A stretch of DNA of 64,000 bases. It comes from Octopus sinensis (lineage: Eukaryota). This document shows positions 35,461-48,116 of the stretch, piece by piece. The notes under the pieces are model-generated. The model searched no databases. It saw only the letters and a list, made by a program, of their open reading frames with translations, and was not told the DNA's origin. A program made the translations under genes and the position numbers. Numbering within the stretch: position 1 is the first letter of the stretch; each line of letters begins with the position of its first letter. The stretch is taken from contig NC_043000.1 in the NCBI RefSeq assembly GCF_006345805.1, positions 12,524,001 to 12,588,000 on the forward strand. Reading direction: 5' to 3'.

Positions 35461-38400
35461 TATATATATATATCTCTTATTATAAAGATAGATAGATAGA
35501 TAGATGGATGGATGGATGGATATATGTGTGCGTGTCTTTGTATCTGTGTTTGTCCACCTACACTGCTTGACAACTGGCGTTGGTGGATTTACATCCTCAT
35601 AACATAGCAGTTTGGCAAAAGAGATTGATAGAATAAGTACTAGGTTTAAAAACGAAAAAAAAAGTACAAGGCCAATTCATTTGACTAGAAGTCCTTGAAG
35701 GCAGTGTCCCAGCATGGCTACAGTCTAATGACTGAAACACCATAGAACTGCAGCCAAACATTGGTTTTTAGTGAGTCTTAATTAAACATGCAAAATTTTT
35801 TTTTAATAAACACACGAACAAGTCCTCAGTGACTGAAAGTATGCTTGAAATATTTGTTGATCACTCCCGAGATATTCAAAGCTATTTATGACATCAAAGC
35901 TGTAGTGAAACGAACTTGAATAAACTGAATTTGTCGTCTCATTAGTAATAATTACCCCTTAATTTTTGAAATATTTGTTTACATTTCAGTTCAAATAATG
36001 TAAATCACACTTCTAAGATGAAGAGCCGTTCCACTGAAGTCGGTCGTTGTATAGACAGATCTTTGATATGCTTCCTACACAAATAGACTGCAGCTGCAGA
36101 TAAGAGAGCTAATAGCATTCTTAGAATAACAACAACTATCATAAGTGCAGGCTACAAGCACAATGGTTGAAATTATCTGAAGAAACAAAGAAGAACAAGA
36201 ACAAGAAGAAGCAAGAAATGAAAATACTCTCCAGGTTTGTTTATAATTACGGTAAGGACCCACACCTAAAATGTTGAAATATTGTGTAGGGGACCAAATT
36301 TCATTAAGGATCAAATTCTTGTTGAAAATGTAATGTAGAAAGCAAAGCCATTAAGAAGTGAGAGTTATGGGTGCTACCATAAAAGAACTGTCATACGAGA
36401 ACATGCTAAAAGGGTGATTAATGGGGTGGATTTTTGTTCGGTAAATTTTTGCTAGCTTACTTTCTTTTTAATGCATCATGCAACATGCATGCATGCACAC
36501 ACACACATGCATACAGACATATGTACACACATTTGTACACTATGATTAAGCAGTGGTGATGATGATGATGATGATGATGATGGCGATGGTGATAATAGTG
36601 ATGGAGCCGGTGGTGACGTCGGTGGTGCTAGTGTTGATGAGGGTGGTAGTGGATGGGGTGGAAGTTGATGATGATGATGGGTGGGGGTTGATGATGGCAG
36701 GGTGGGGTGGGCTGGGGAGGTTGGTGACAGGATGGGGGTTGATGATGGCAGGATGGTGAGGATGTTGATTGGTGATAGGAGTAATGGTGGTGGTGGTGAC
36801 AATGAAGATGATGATGATGATGATGATGTGTGTGTGTGTGTGCGAGAGAGAAAGAGAGAGAGGGAGGGAGGGAGAGACCAACAGACAGACAGATAAACAT
36901 ACAGACAGACAAAGAGAGAGCATAAGCAATGTTGAAAGGGCTAGAACTCCAGACAGCATCAATTCTTGTGGAATATATTTGTAGGAACCACGAGAAGTGC
37001 AACAAGGAGATAAATGCAAGGAAGTCGAAGATACCCACCACCACTACCATCACCGCCACCACTACCATCACCACCACCACCACCACCACAAAAAATATTT
37101 TTAAAAACTGCTTCAACCGCTGAAGCATGACTCCCTACAGGAGACAAAATCTCCCTTGAACTGTTTTACAGTTGTAAATTAGTTACCACATAGTGGGGGG
37201 TAAATAAATAATAATAATAATAATAATAAAGTGTGGTTGTTACTGCACCACATGTGTAGTGTATGTGGTGTGGATATGCTCTACAGAACATAACACTGCA
37301 CTGGCAAATGTCTCGGTGCCCCACCCCCGCCTTCCACCCCCCCTGCCTCACTAGAACGAGAAACCAGCTTGATGGCTTCTTGAAATAAGCACTTTTAAAT
37401 AGAGGTGTGCAAGGGCTTAAAGAGGGTAGACTGGGAAAGAGCCTGCTGATACTCTAATGGGAGGTTGAATGCCACAACTAATCCTTACTTAATCCGTGGA
37501 TATATTGACAAAAGTAGGGTTGGTATTGTCGCTGTTTAGAACCTTTCCCAGACAGGTTCTGATCAAGCCGATTTATATTTAGGGTTAGGGTTAGGTATTC
37601 CGGTCTTGGTCATTCTATCTGTTTTAGAGTTATGCACAACACAGGCATGGTTGTAAGGTTAAGAAGCTTGCTTTGCAACCATGTGGTTTTGAGTTCAGTC
37701 CTCGGGAAAGTGTCTTCTACTATAGCCCCAAGCTGATCAATGATTTGTGTGAGAGAATTTGGTTGATGGAAACCGTATGGAGGCCCATCATTTATTATAT
37801 ACATGTGTGTATGTGTCTATTTGTGTCTGTGTGACCCCCACCTCCCACCGATGAAAAACCAGTGTTGGTTTGTTTTAAGTCCTTGTGACTTAGCAGTTTA
37901 AGAAAAGAGACCAATAGAATGTGTAAAAGATTTAAAAAATAAGTGCTGGGGATTATTTGTTGTTCCAGCATAGCCATAGTCCAATGATTACGGTATGATA
38001 GTGTGTTCATGTGTGAGACACAGAGAGAGATGGGGGACAGACAGACAGACAGAAAGAAAGAAAAATGCAGGACAGAATTGCAGAAATATAGACAGTCTTG
38101 AGTGAGCAAGACTTGAGAAGTTCCTTACTTTCTTTCCTGTTTGCTTGTTTGCTGGTATGATAGGGATCAGTCAAAATGCTTGGACACTGACTTAAGGACT
38201 TTACAACTTCTGAGGAATTAAAAATATTTCCTTGGTAACCAGAAATGTGGCACCAATGAATTCGGAAACCTGATCTTCAACACTGCCAACACTGTTGTTA
38301 ACAATTCTCTCTATGATAGGCGCAAGACCTGAAATTTTGATGGGAGAAGTTTGGTTGATTACATCAACCCCAGTACTTAACTGGTACTTATTTTCATCAA

Positions 38401-38639
38401 TACAGAAAGGATGAAAGGCAAAGATGACCTCAGCAGAATTTGAACTCAGAACAAAAAGCCATAAGAAAGGCTGCTAAGTAATTTGGCCAATGTGCTAATG
38501 ATTCTGCCATCTCAGTAATATTAATTTCCAGCATTGGCACAAAAGCAGACATTTTAAAGGAAAGGGAAATGCAAAAAAAATCAACTCCAATAGATTTCAT
38601 CATCAACATCATCATCATCATTGTTGTCATCTTAGCATC

Positions 38640-39330
38640 TACTTTTCCATGCTCACAAGTGCCAGGCCCAATTCACTGAGGCAGATTTTGTATGGCTGGA
38701 TGCCCTTCCAGTCACAAACCCTCACCTGTCTCCAAGAAAGATAATATTCCCTCATGGCAAGACATGTTTTCATGGAAGATTGGAAATTAAGGACACTACT
38801 CGCATGATGGTGACACTTATTTACAACTGTTATATGAAGGAAAGGAGACAGTACCATACGCACACACGTATATATACATATATATATCATCATCATTTAA
38901 CGTCTGCTTTCCATGCTAGCATGGGTTGGACGATTTGACTGAGGTCTGGTGAACCAGATGACTGCACCAGACTCCAATCTGATCTGGCAGAATTTCTACA
39001 GATGGATGCCCTTCCTAACGCCAACCACTCCAAGGGTGTAGTGGGTGCTTTTACATGCCACCAGCATGAGGGCCAGTCAGGCGGTACTGGCAATGGCCAC
39101 ACTCAAATGGTTTTTTTTTTTTAATTGCCACCTGTACAGGAGTCAGTCCAGCAGCACTGGCAACAACCTTGCTTGAATGTTTTTTCATGTGCCACCAGCA
39201 CAAGTGCCATCTTGTTGCTCTGGCAACGATCTCGCTTGTATGGTACTCTTAGTGCTCCACTAGCACAGATGCCAGTCATCGAATTTGATTTTGATTTCGA
39301 GATATATATATACACATATATATATATACG
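38640..39330 (-). mobile_element. Two adjacent RTE 3' UTR fragments
   Basis: Reverse complements of the RTE tail at 38640-38830 and 38885-39300. Confidence 0.7.
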
Positions 39331-39947
39331 ATAAGCTTCTTTCAGTTTCCATCTACCAAATCCATTCACAAGGCTTTAGTTGGTCCAGAGCTATAACAGA
39401 AAACACTGCTTCAAGGTGACATGCAGTGGGACTGAACCTGAAACCATGTGGTTGGGAAGCAAACATCTTACTTATTCTATTGACCCTGAAAGGATGAAAG
39501 GCAAAAATTTGATCCAATCAGGATTTGAACTCACAATGTAAAGAAACCAAAATACCCCAAAAGGCATTTTTGGTCATCTCGTTATTCTACCAATCCACAC
39601 ACAAACACACACACACCACACACACACACAAACACACACATTACTAAACAGATGCAAATAAGATTACACATAAAGATAATTTAATTTTTAAAGAATAAAA
39701 AAATAAAATAAATGTTGGGAAAAACAAAAATTGCTGAATGATATCCTGTTTTAGACTTCAGAAGTGCTAACTGATACCCTATTAGATACCCCTAATACGC
39801 CTATTAAATAGAATATTTTCTCTGAAGTGAGATACTCTGCCTCAAAATGATGTAGCTTTTCTTTTTTTATATATTTGCCATAAGCTAATTAACCAAAGAT
39901 ATATATATATATATACACATACTATTTGCTTCAGCCCACCCATCCAT

Positions 39948-40400
<453 letters not shown>

Positions 40401-40920
40401 CTTTCTATCTATCTCTCTCTCCATCATTACTCCTCCTCCAGACCCAGCCTTCATCTTATCATCGAACAACCAATACCTTTTTACCATCAACTTGTACCCT
40501 TATCTTTTCCTCCTTTGCCATCAAAACCATTTTTCACTCCACCACAACACTAACACCACCACCACCACCACCACCACCACCACCACCACCAATACCACCA
40601 TCACCAACATCTCCACTGACACCATCACCAAGAAGACCACCAACACTACCACCAACACCAACACCACTGCCACCACCAACATCACAATCTGAGCAGCCCT
40701 CCAAGTTGCTATACAACAGGAAAATGTTGTAATACTCTTCCTTCTTTTCCAGCCTTTTATTATCTAAAGGGAGTAGTTGGGAGAAGGGGAGGAGCTAAAG
40801 TGGTACCCAAGGTGGTACTGCCAGGAGTTTACAGGATAAATTAAAGAAAACACTAAGAAGGTGTGAAAAATGTTCTTCACAGTGGAAGTAGATTGATGGT
40901 ATTGGAGGAAGGAATGATGG

Positions 40921-40957
<37 letters not shown>

Positions 40958-41153
40958 GTGTGTGTGTGTGTGTGTGAGGTGAGACAGCATGTATTGTTTC
41001 AGTGTTACTGCACATATATAAACACACACAAACACATACACACACAGTTTTTATGCTCCACCCTGCCCCACCACGGTATCCCAAGGAAGTTTAAGAGCAG
41101 GGACGGTTTAAACACGCTTTAAACAAAGACAAAAATATTCGTCTGTCATGACC

Positions 41154-41555
41154 ACCTATTTCTTTACTACCCACAAGGGGCTAAACACAGAGGGGACAAA
41201 CAAGGACAGAAAAACGGATTAAGTCGATTACATTGACCCCAGTGCGTAACTGGTACTTATTTAATCGACCCCGAAAGGATGAAAGGCAAAGTCGACCTCG
41301 GCGGAATTTGAACTCAGAACGTAACGGCAGACGAAATACCTATTTCTTTATTACCCACAAGGGGCTAAACACAGAGGGGACAAACAAGGACAGAAAAACG
41401 GATTAAGTCGATTACATTGACCCCAGTGCGTAACTGGTACTTATTTAATCGACCCCGAAAGGATGAAAGGCAAAGTCGACCTCGGTGGAATTTGAACTCA
41501 GAACGTAGTGGCAGACGAAATACCACTAAGCAATTCGCTCGGCGTGCTAACGGTT
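41154..41555 (-). repeat. Tandem dimer of SINE family A (~184-bp period)
   Basis: Units at 41154 and 41338; flanked by tcatgaccacc duplication. Confidence 0.85.
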
Positions 41556-42009
41556 CATGACCACCACCACCACCACCACCACTACTACCTCCACCACCAT
41601 CATCAACAACACCATCATTAACACCACCATCACCACCAGTACAGCCACCACCATCATTAACCATCACCATCACCACCATCAACATCATCATCATTTATAG
41701 CATCCGTTTTTCCATGCTGGTATGTGTTGGACAACATATACACAGCGTCTTGTAGAGTTTTGTATATCCTTGATATATAGTGCTAGTATAACAGTATATA
41801 CAATAAGAAATGTATGAAAGTTGTGTGACGTCATGAATATGCTTGTGTATAGAAATCCTACGCAAGATGTCTAATATTAAACATATATTTAGTTTTACTG
41901 TAAAAATATAACCTGCGGAAAAACCACTGGGGTTTCGAGAGCTGAGAGAGGAGAGTGTCCAACTGGTTTGATATTTATTAATTCTCATCAGAGAGTATTG
42001 ATATATACA

Positions 42010-42297
42010 GACATATAAAGGGAGGGAGAGAGAGAGAAAGAGAGAGAGAGAGAGGGATGAGGGTTAGGGAATAGGAGAGTGGAAAGGGAAAGAGGGGGAA
42101 AGGAGAGAGAGGAGAGACCAGGAGAAGGGAGAGAGAGAAAAAACGAGCGAGATGGAGGGGAAGCAAGAAAGGAGAGAGAGAAAAAACCAGAGAGAAAGAG
42201 AGGGGCAGAGAGATGAGAGAGCGGAGAGAGTGGAGAGGGGGAGAGAAAGGAAAGGCAGAGAGGGAAACAGGTGAGGAAAAAGGATGAAACAGGAGAA

Positions 42298-42333
<36 letters not shown>

Positions 42334-42955
42334 AGACAGGTGGACAGGAGAGAGTAAGAGAAGGAAACAAGAGGTAGGGAGAAGTAAGGGAGAGAGAGGG
42401 AGAGAGAGATATGAGGGATAGGGAATAGGAGAGTGGAAAGGGAAAGAGGGGGAAAGGAGAGAGAGGAGAGACTAGGGGACAGGAGAGAGGGGGAAAATGA
42501 GAAGGAGGGGAAGCAAGAAAGGAGAGAGAGAGAAAAAACAAGAGAGAAATAGAGGGGCAGAGAGATGAGAGGTGGAGAGTGGAGTGGGAGAGAAAGAGAA
42601 AGGAAAGGCAGAGAGTGAAACAGGTGAGAAAAGAATGATACAGAAGAGGAGGAAGAGAGAAAGAGAGAGAGAGACAGAGAGAGAGATGAGGGATAGGGTA
42701 TAGGAGAGTGGAAAGAGAAAGAGGGGTAAGGAGAAAGAAGAGGGACCAGGGGATAGGAGAGAGGGGGAAACGAGAGAGAGAGAGAGAGAGGGAAACAAGA
42801 GAGACAGGTGGACAGGAGAGAGTAAGAGAAGGAAAAAAGAGGCAGGGAGAAATAGGGGAGAGAGAGAATAAGAGAGGGCAGACTGGAGAGAGAGAAAGGT
42901 AGAGGATAGGAGAGAGAGGGAGAGGGAGAGAAAGAGAGGGAGAGAGAGAATAGGA
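42010..42955. repeat. ~950-bp polypurine (GA-rich) tract with internal repeats
   Basis: gggatagggaataggagagtggaaagggaaagagggg-like block at ~42055, ~42412 and ~42688. Confidence 0.88.
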
Positions 42956-43405
42956 TATTGATCTGTATTGAAGATATGATATTAATAGAAGCAGGAGTCA
43001 GAATCAAAAATAGAAGTTCACCAGAGAACTACAATGTTTTATGACCAAACCATTTTACAAGTGTTCAGAGAGCCATTGATGATGGAACAATACAATACAC
43101 ACAGACCTAACAGTCAATAATTGTCCAGAAATTGATGGGCTGTAGGTGTGGATGGACTCAGCAGACAGTAAGGGAGTGTGCACGTACGTGCATGCGTGCG
43201 TGTGTGTGCGTGTGGTTGTACATAGTATGTGAATAGAGCAGTAGGCATAGGTGTGCGGAAATATAGTATATATAGAAATATAGTATAGAGAAATATAGTC
43301 TATATAGAAATATAGTATAGAGAAATATAGTATATATACAAATATAGTATAGAGAAACAGCATGCACAGATACTGTTTCTGAAGATAGTGTGTGACTGTA
43401 TGTAC

Positions 43406-43451
<46 letters not shown>

Positions 43452-43766
43452 ATATATAGGTGTATATATATATATATATTTGCTATAAGCACAACAAAAC
43501 AGGGATACAACGCATCAAACATAAATATACAGATATACAAAGAACATGTAAGCATGCATCAGATTACACACACACACACACACACACTCATCTGATACAT
43601 AAACAAACACATCAGGTTACATGATGGAATCTCTATGTATCACACCCAATGTTGTTTTAGCTAAACTGTGCTTACTGTATTTTGTGTAACATATACATTG
43701 CTTTGTGAATATACTATGCACTGTATACAATAAGCTCATTATTATATAATATTGTGTGTGTGTGTA

Positions 43767-43810
<44 letters not shown>

Positions 43811-44227
43811 GGGCTCTTTCCACTCTGAGTTCAAATCCTGCTGAGGTCAACTTTGCTCTTCATCCCTTCAGGGTTCATAAAATGCACCCCTGCTCGCAAT
43901 TTATCGGATGCAGCTCTGCATCATAAATCAGATAGAGGAGATGTCCTCTCAGGGTTCAAAAATCACAATAGAGTCCATTTGAACAGACAACTATGTTGAA
44001 GTGGCTATGAATATTACTTGTCAGTATAACTATTGTGTTGATATCTTAGAGAGATCTTAGAACTAGCATTTTCACTTGTTTAATAACCATTTTCCTGTTA
44101 ATAACACCTTAGTAGACCTAGGATATATAGGAAGCTGGCTGAACGGTTAGGTAAATTCCACAGTTCCACCACCCTGGATATTCCATGCCATTGTATGGAA
44201 GATGGCTATAATCTAAATTAAGATATA

Positions 44228-44648
44228 CTCTTTTACTCTTTACTCTTTTACTTGTTTCAGTCATTTGACTGCGGCCATGCTGGAGCACTGCCTTTAATCG
44301 AGCAAATCGACCCCGGGACTTATTCTTTTGTAAGCCCAGTACTTATTCTATCGGTCTCTTTTGCCGAACCGCTAAGTAACAGGGACATAAGCACACCAGC
44401 ATCGGCTGTCAAGCAATGCTAGGGGGACAAACACAGACACACAAACACACACACACGCACATATATATATATATATACATATATACGACGGGCTTCTTTC
44501 AGTTTCCATCTACCAAATCCACTCACAAGGCTTTGGTCGGCCCGAGGCTATAGTAGAAGACACTTGCCCAAGGTGCCATGCAGTGGGACTGAACCCGGAA
44601 CCAAGTGGTTGGTAAACAAGCTACTTACCACACAGCCACCCCTGCGCC
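44228..44648 (-). mobile_element. SINE family B (low divergence, CpG-rich)
   Basis: Full-length reverse copy. Confidence 0.85.
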
Positions 44649-45186
44649 TATATGTAGTAATTCATTATATACAGTGAAATGTGAGTTTTGTATTCCTTCT
44701 GTTGTTTGATCATCATCATTGTTTAGACCCATTCACAAACCGACACAGATACATTCTTGTCCCTCTCGCCCATGTGCAAGTGAAACATCCATCCAGGATG
44801 TGAGAGCTGAAGTGAGAGATGGCTGTGCCAGCACTGAATTGGTACTACTTTAATTGGCCTTAAAAAATAAAAGGCAAAATGGATCTAGGTGGGATTTGAA
44901 CACTTGAACTCAAAGCACAGAGAGTCAAAATAAATATTGCAGCACATTTTACCTGATACTCTAACAATTCTGCCAATCAACAGATGTCTACAATTTCTTT
45001 CAAATTCCACTCACAATATATATATATATATAAACTTAGATATGTTTCAACCAAAGATTGATCCAGACCATGTCTAACTTAATAGCACCACCTGATAGGA
45101 TTATCTAAATCCTGTTTAAGCCAAGTTTTGTTTATGGTTCATTCAAGTAGTGAATTGTTGTTGAGTGAGTTGTATCCAGGTATGGG

Positions 45187-45220
<34 letters not shown>

Positions 45221-45221
45221 T

Positions 45222-45513
45222 TTAGGGTATCTACGAGATACTACCATGCTGAAAATAGCAGCCAAGATCTGACTCTAAAACCATATTAAATGCTCATACA
45301 GCACAAGGAGAGAAGACAAAAAGACAAAATAAAACTAGCGAGGCAAAACATTCCTTAATGCAAAGCCAGAAATCCGGGATCTGGAATTATCCAGTAATTT
45401 TTTGCTAGTTTTATTTTGTCTTCTCTCCTTGTGCTGTATGAACATTTAATGTGGTTCTAGAGTCAGATCTTGGCTGCTATTTTCAGCATGGTGGTATCTC
45501 GTAGATACCCTAA
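45222..45513. repeat. Long near-perfect inverted repeat (110-bp arms, 64-nt spacer)
   Basis: 45222-45339 versus 45404-45513: 4 substitutions plus an 8-nt duplication in the left arm. Confidence 0.92.
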
Positions 45514-45629
45514 CTTATAATTTTAATAATAATTATTACCTTTGAAGGTTTATATTTCCATGCTGGTCACTTGATAAGATCGATATTTAATTCAAATTAA
45601 CGATCTTATCCTTATTTTTATATATATAT

Positions 45630-45659
<30 letters not shown>

Positions 45660-45661
<2 letters not shown>

Positions 45662-45972
45662 CGGCACGTAAAAGCACCATCCGTTCGTGTCCGTTGCCAG
45701 CATCGCCTGGCCCCGTGCCGGTGACACGTAAAAGCACCATCCGTTCGTGGCCGTTCGCCAGCTCTGTCTGGCACCTGTGCAGGTGGCACGTAAAAAAACA
45801 CCCACTACACTCGCGGAGTGGTTGGCGTTAGGAAGGGCATCCAGCCGTAGAAACACTGCCAGATCTGACTGGGCCTGACGAAGCCTTCCAGCTTCACAGA
45901 CCCCCAGTTGACCCGTCCAACCCATGCTAGCATGGAAAGCGGACGTTAAACGATGATGATGATGATGATGAT
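45660..45972 (+). mobile_element. RTE LINE 3' UTR fragment with internal subrepeats
   Basis: Repeated cacgtaaaagcaccatccgttcgtg blocks, then the tail motif and (GAT)n. Confidence 0.8.
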
Positions 45973-46267
45973 ATATATTGTAAACAAAGTGGCCATTGGC
46001 AATAAGCAAAATAGAAAGTTATAAAATCTCAAGAAGAGATAGAGTAGTAACGTATCCTAAACAGTAAAATGAGTAGCCACATCAGAGTGGCAGATGAATG
46101 TTACCACTAGTTTAACCCCAGGTGGATTCTCTGCCAGCTGGTTTCATTGCAAGCTCTGCACCCTTTATATACAATACATTGCTAGCAGCGGGAGTGAACC
46201 CCTGCTATCGCCCATCAGCTGGCAGTCCTGCGGGACTGGCCAGTTTCGAGCTATTTTGCTCATTTCA

Positions 46268-46690
46268 ACCACGCACACCTACTCTTTTACTTGTTTCAGT
46301 CATTTGACTGTGGCCATGCTGGAGCACCGCCTTTAGTCGAGCAAATTGACCCCAGGACTTATTCTTTGTAAGCCTAGTATTTATTCTATCGGTCTCTTTA
46401 GCCGAACCGCTAAGTTACAGGGACATAAACACACCAGCATCGGTTGTCAAGCAATGCTAGGGGGACAAACACAGACACACAAACACACACATACATATAT
46501 ATATATATGTACATATATACGACAGGCTTCTTTCAGTTTCTGTCTACCAAATCCACTCACAAGGCTTTGGTCAGCCCGGGGCTATAGTAGAAGACACTTG
46601 CCCAAGGTGCCACACAGTGCAATTGAACCTGGAACCATGTGGTTGGAAAGCAAGCTTCTTACCACACAGCCACACCAGGCGCCTACGCAT
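46268..46690 (-). mobile_element. SINE family B
   Basis: Full-length reverse copy. Confidence 0.82.
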
Positions 46691-46841
46691 ATAAATGTGC
46701 ATCATCATCACCTGTGCAATATATATAGGTTAAATTGAGGTTACAGGAGAAGATATATGTATAAGGTGCTGAGTAGTAGAACTGAACACAGAACTATATG
46801 GCTGCATAGCGATTTACTTAACCACACAGCCTTATCTGTTC

Positions 46842-46875
<34 letters not shown>

Positions 46876-47678
46876 AAGAAAGAGACTTATAGATATAACA
46901 CAAACAAGATATTTTGCCTCAGTGGCATTCAAGTTCCATGCCATGAGTCTGAGGCAGATGACCCGTGCCCAACCTGCAGCTGAGCCTTCCAAGCATGCAC
47001 TGGACTGATCGGCCACAGCCAGACACACCGTGACAAGTTGTCTTCTCCCATGTAACGTCCTTCCTCAGTTTTGACAATGATAGCTGAACTAAGACAGTAC
47101 TAATAACACAGATACAAAGAATGCACTTACACAGATAAGATTTTTGCCTCAGTGGCTTTCAAACTATATTACAGATGTTATAGTACAAATAAAAGCAGAA
47201 TGCCAGTGATAATTTTGTATGTGTGTATAGGTATATATAATTACTAATTGCACAATAACATTCCATTTCATACAATCAAACACTCTTGTACACAACAATC
47301 TTCCAAGCCACAAACAGTACGGATAGTAAACTGCACACATACATACCACACAATGTGTTTGTAATAAACTAGTTGCTTGGTGATAGCTTATTATGTTCCC
47401 CTGCCATTCCATTCCCCACCCCTCAGCTCAATTAATCTGTGGAGCTCACCTGATATAGGTCATGCCTCTAGTCCTGTTAGTCACCTGAGGTTTACCCACG
47501 CACACACTTCTTTTTCTCACCTTGCGCACATATATACTTACATACAATCATGTACACACACACACGTATATGTGTGCATGTGTGTTTATAAGTGTACATC
47601 TTGTTAATTAAATATGTACATGCATACATACAAATAGATATGCACATGGATTTAACATTTGTTAACACACAAATGCAG

Positions 47679-47724
<46 letters not shown>

Positions 47725-48035
47725 ATGTTCAGTCCAAAGCCTTGTAAGTGGATTTGGTAGACGGAAACTGAAAGAAGCCCGTTGTATATATATGTATATA
47801 TATATATGTATATGTGTATATATGTTTGTGTGTCTGTGTTTGTCCCCCCAACATCGCTTGACAACCGATGCTGGTGTGTTTACGTCCCCGTAACTTAGTG
47901 GTTCAGCAAAAGAGATCGAAAGAATAAGTACTAGGCTTCTAAAGAATAAGTCTTGGGGTCGATTTGCTTGGTGGTGCTCCAGCATGGCCACAGTCAAATG
48001 ACTGAAACAAGTAGAAGAGATAAAAAAAGGAGAGA

Positions 48036-48116
<81 letters not shown>

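Noticed and set aside
37579-37595. (TTAGGG)x3 telomere-like run
   Set aside because: Only 17 bp; too short to call an interstitial telomere.
46125-46225. Hammerhead-like CUGAUGG...GAAACCAGCUGGCA on the minus strand
   Set aside because: A9 and U16.1 are both wrong and stem I cannot form.
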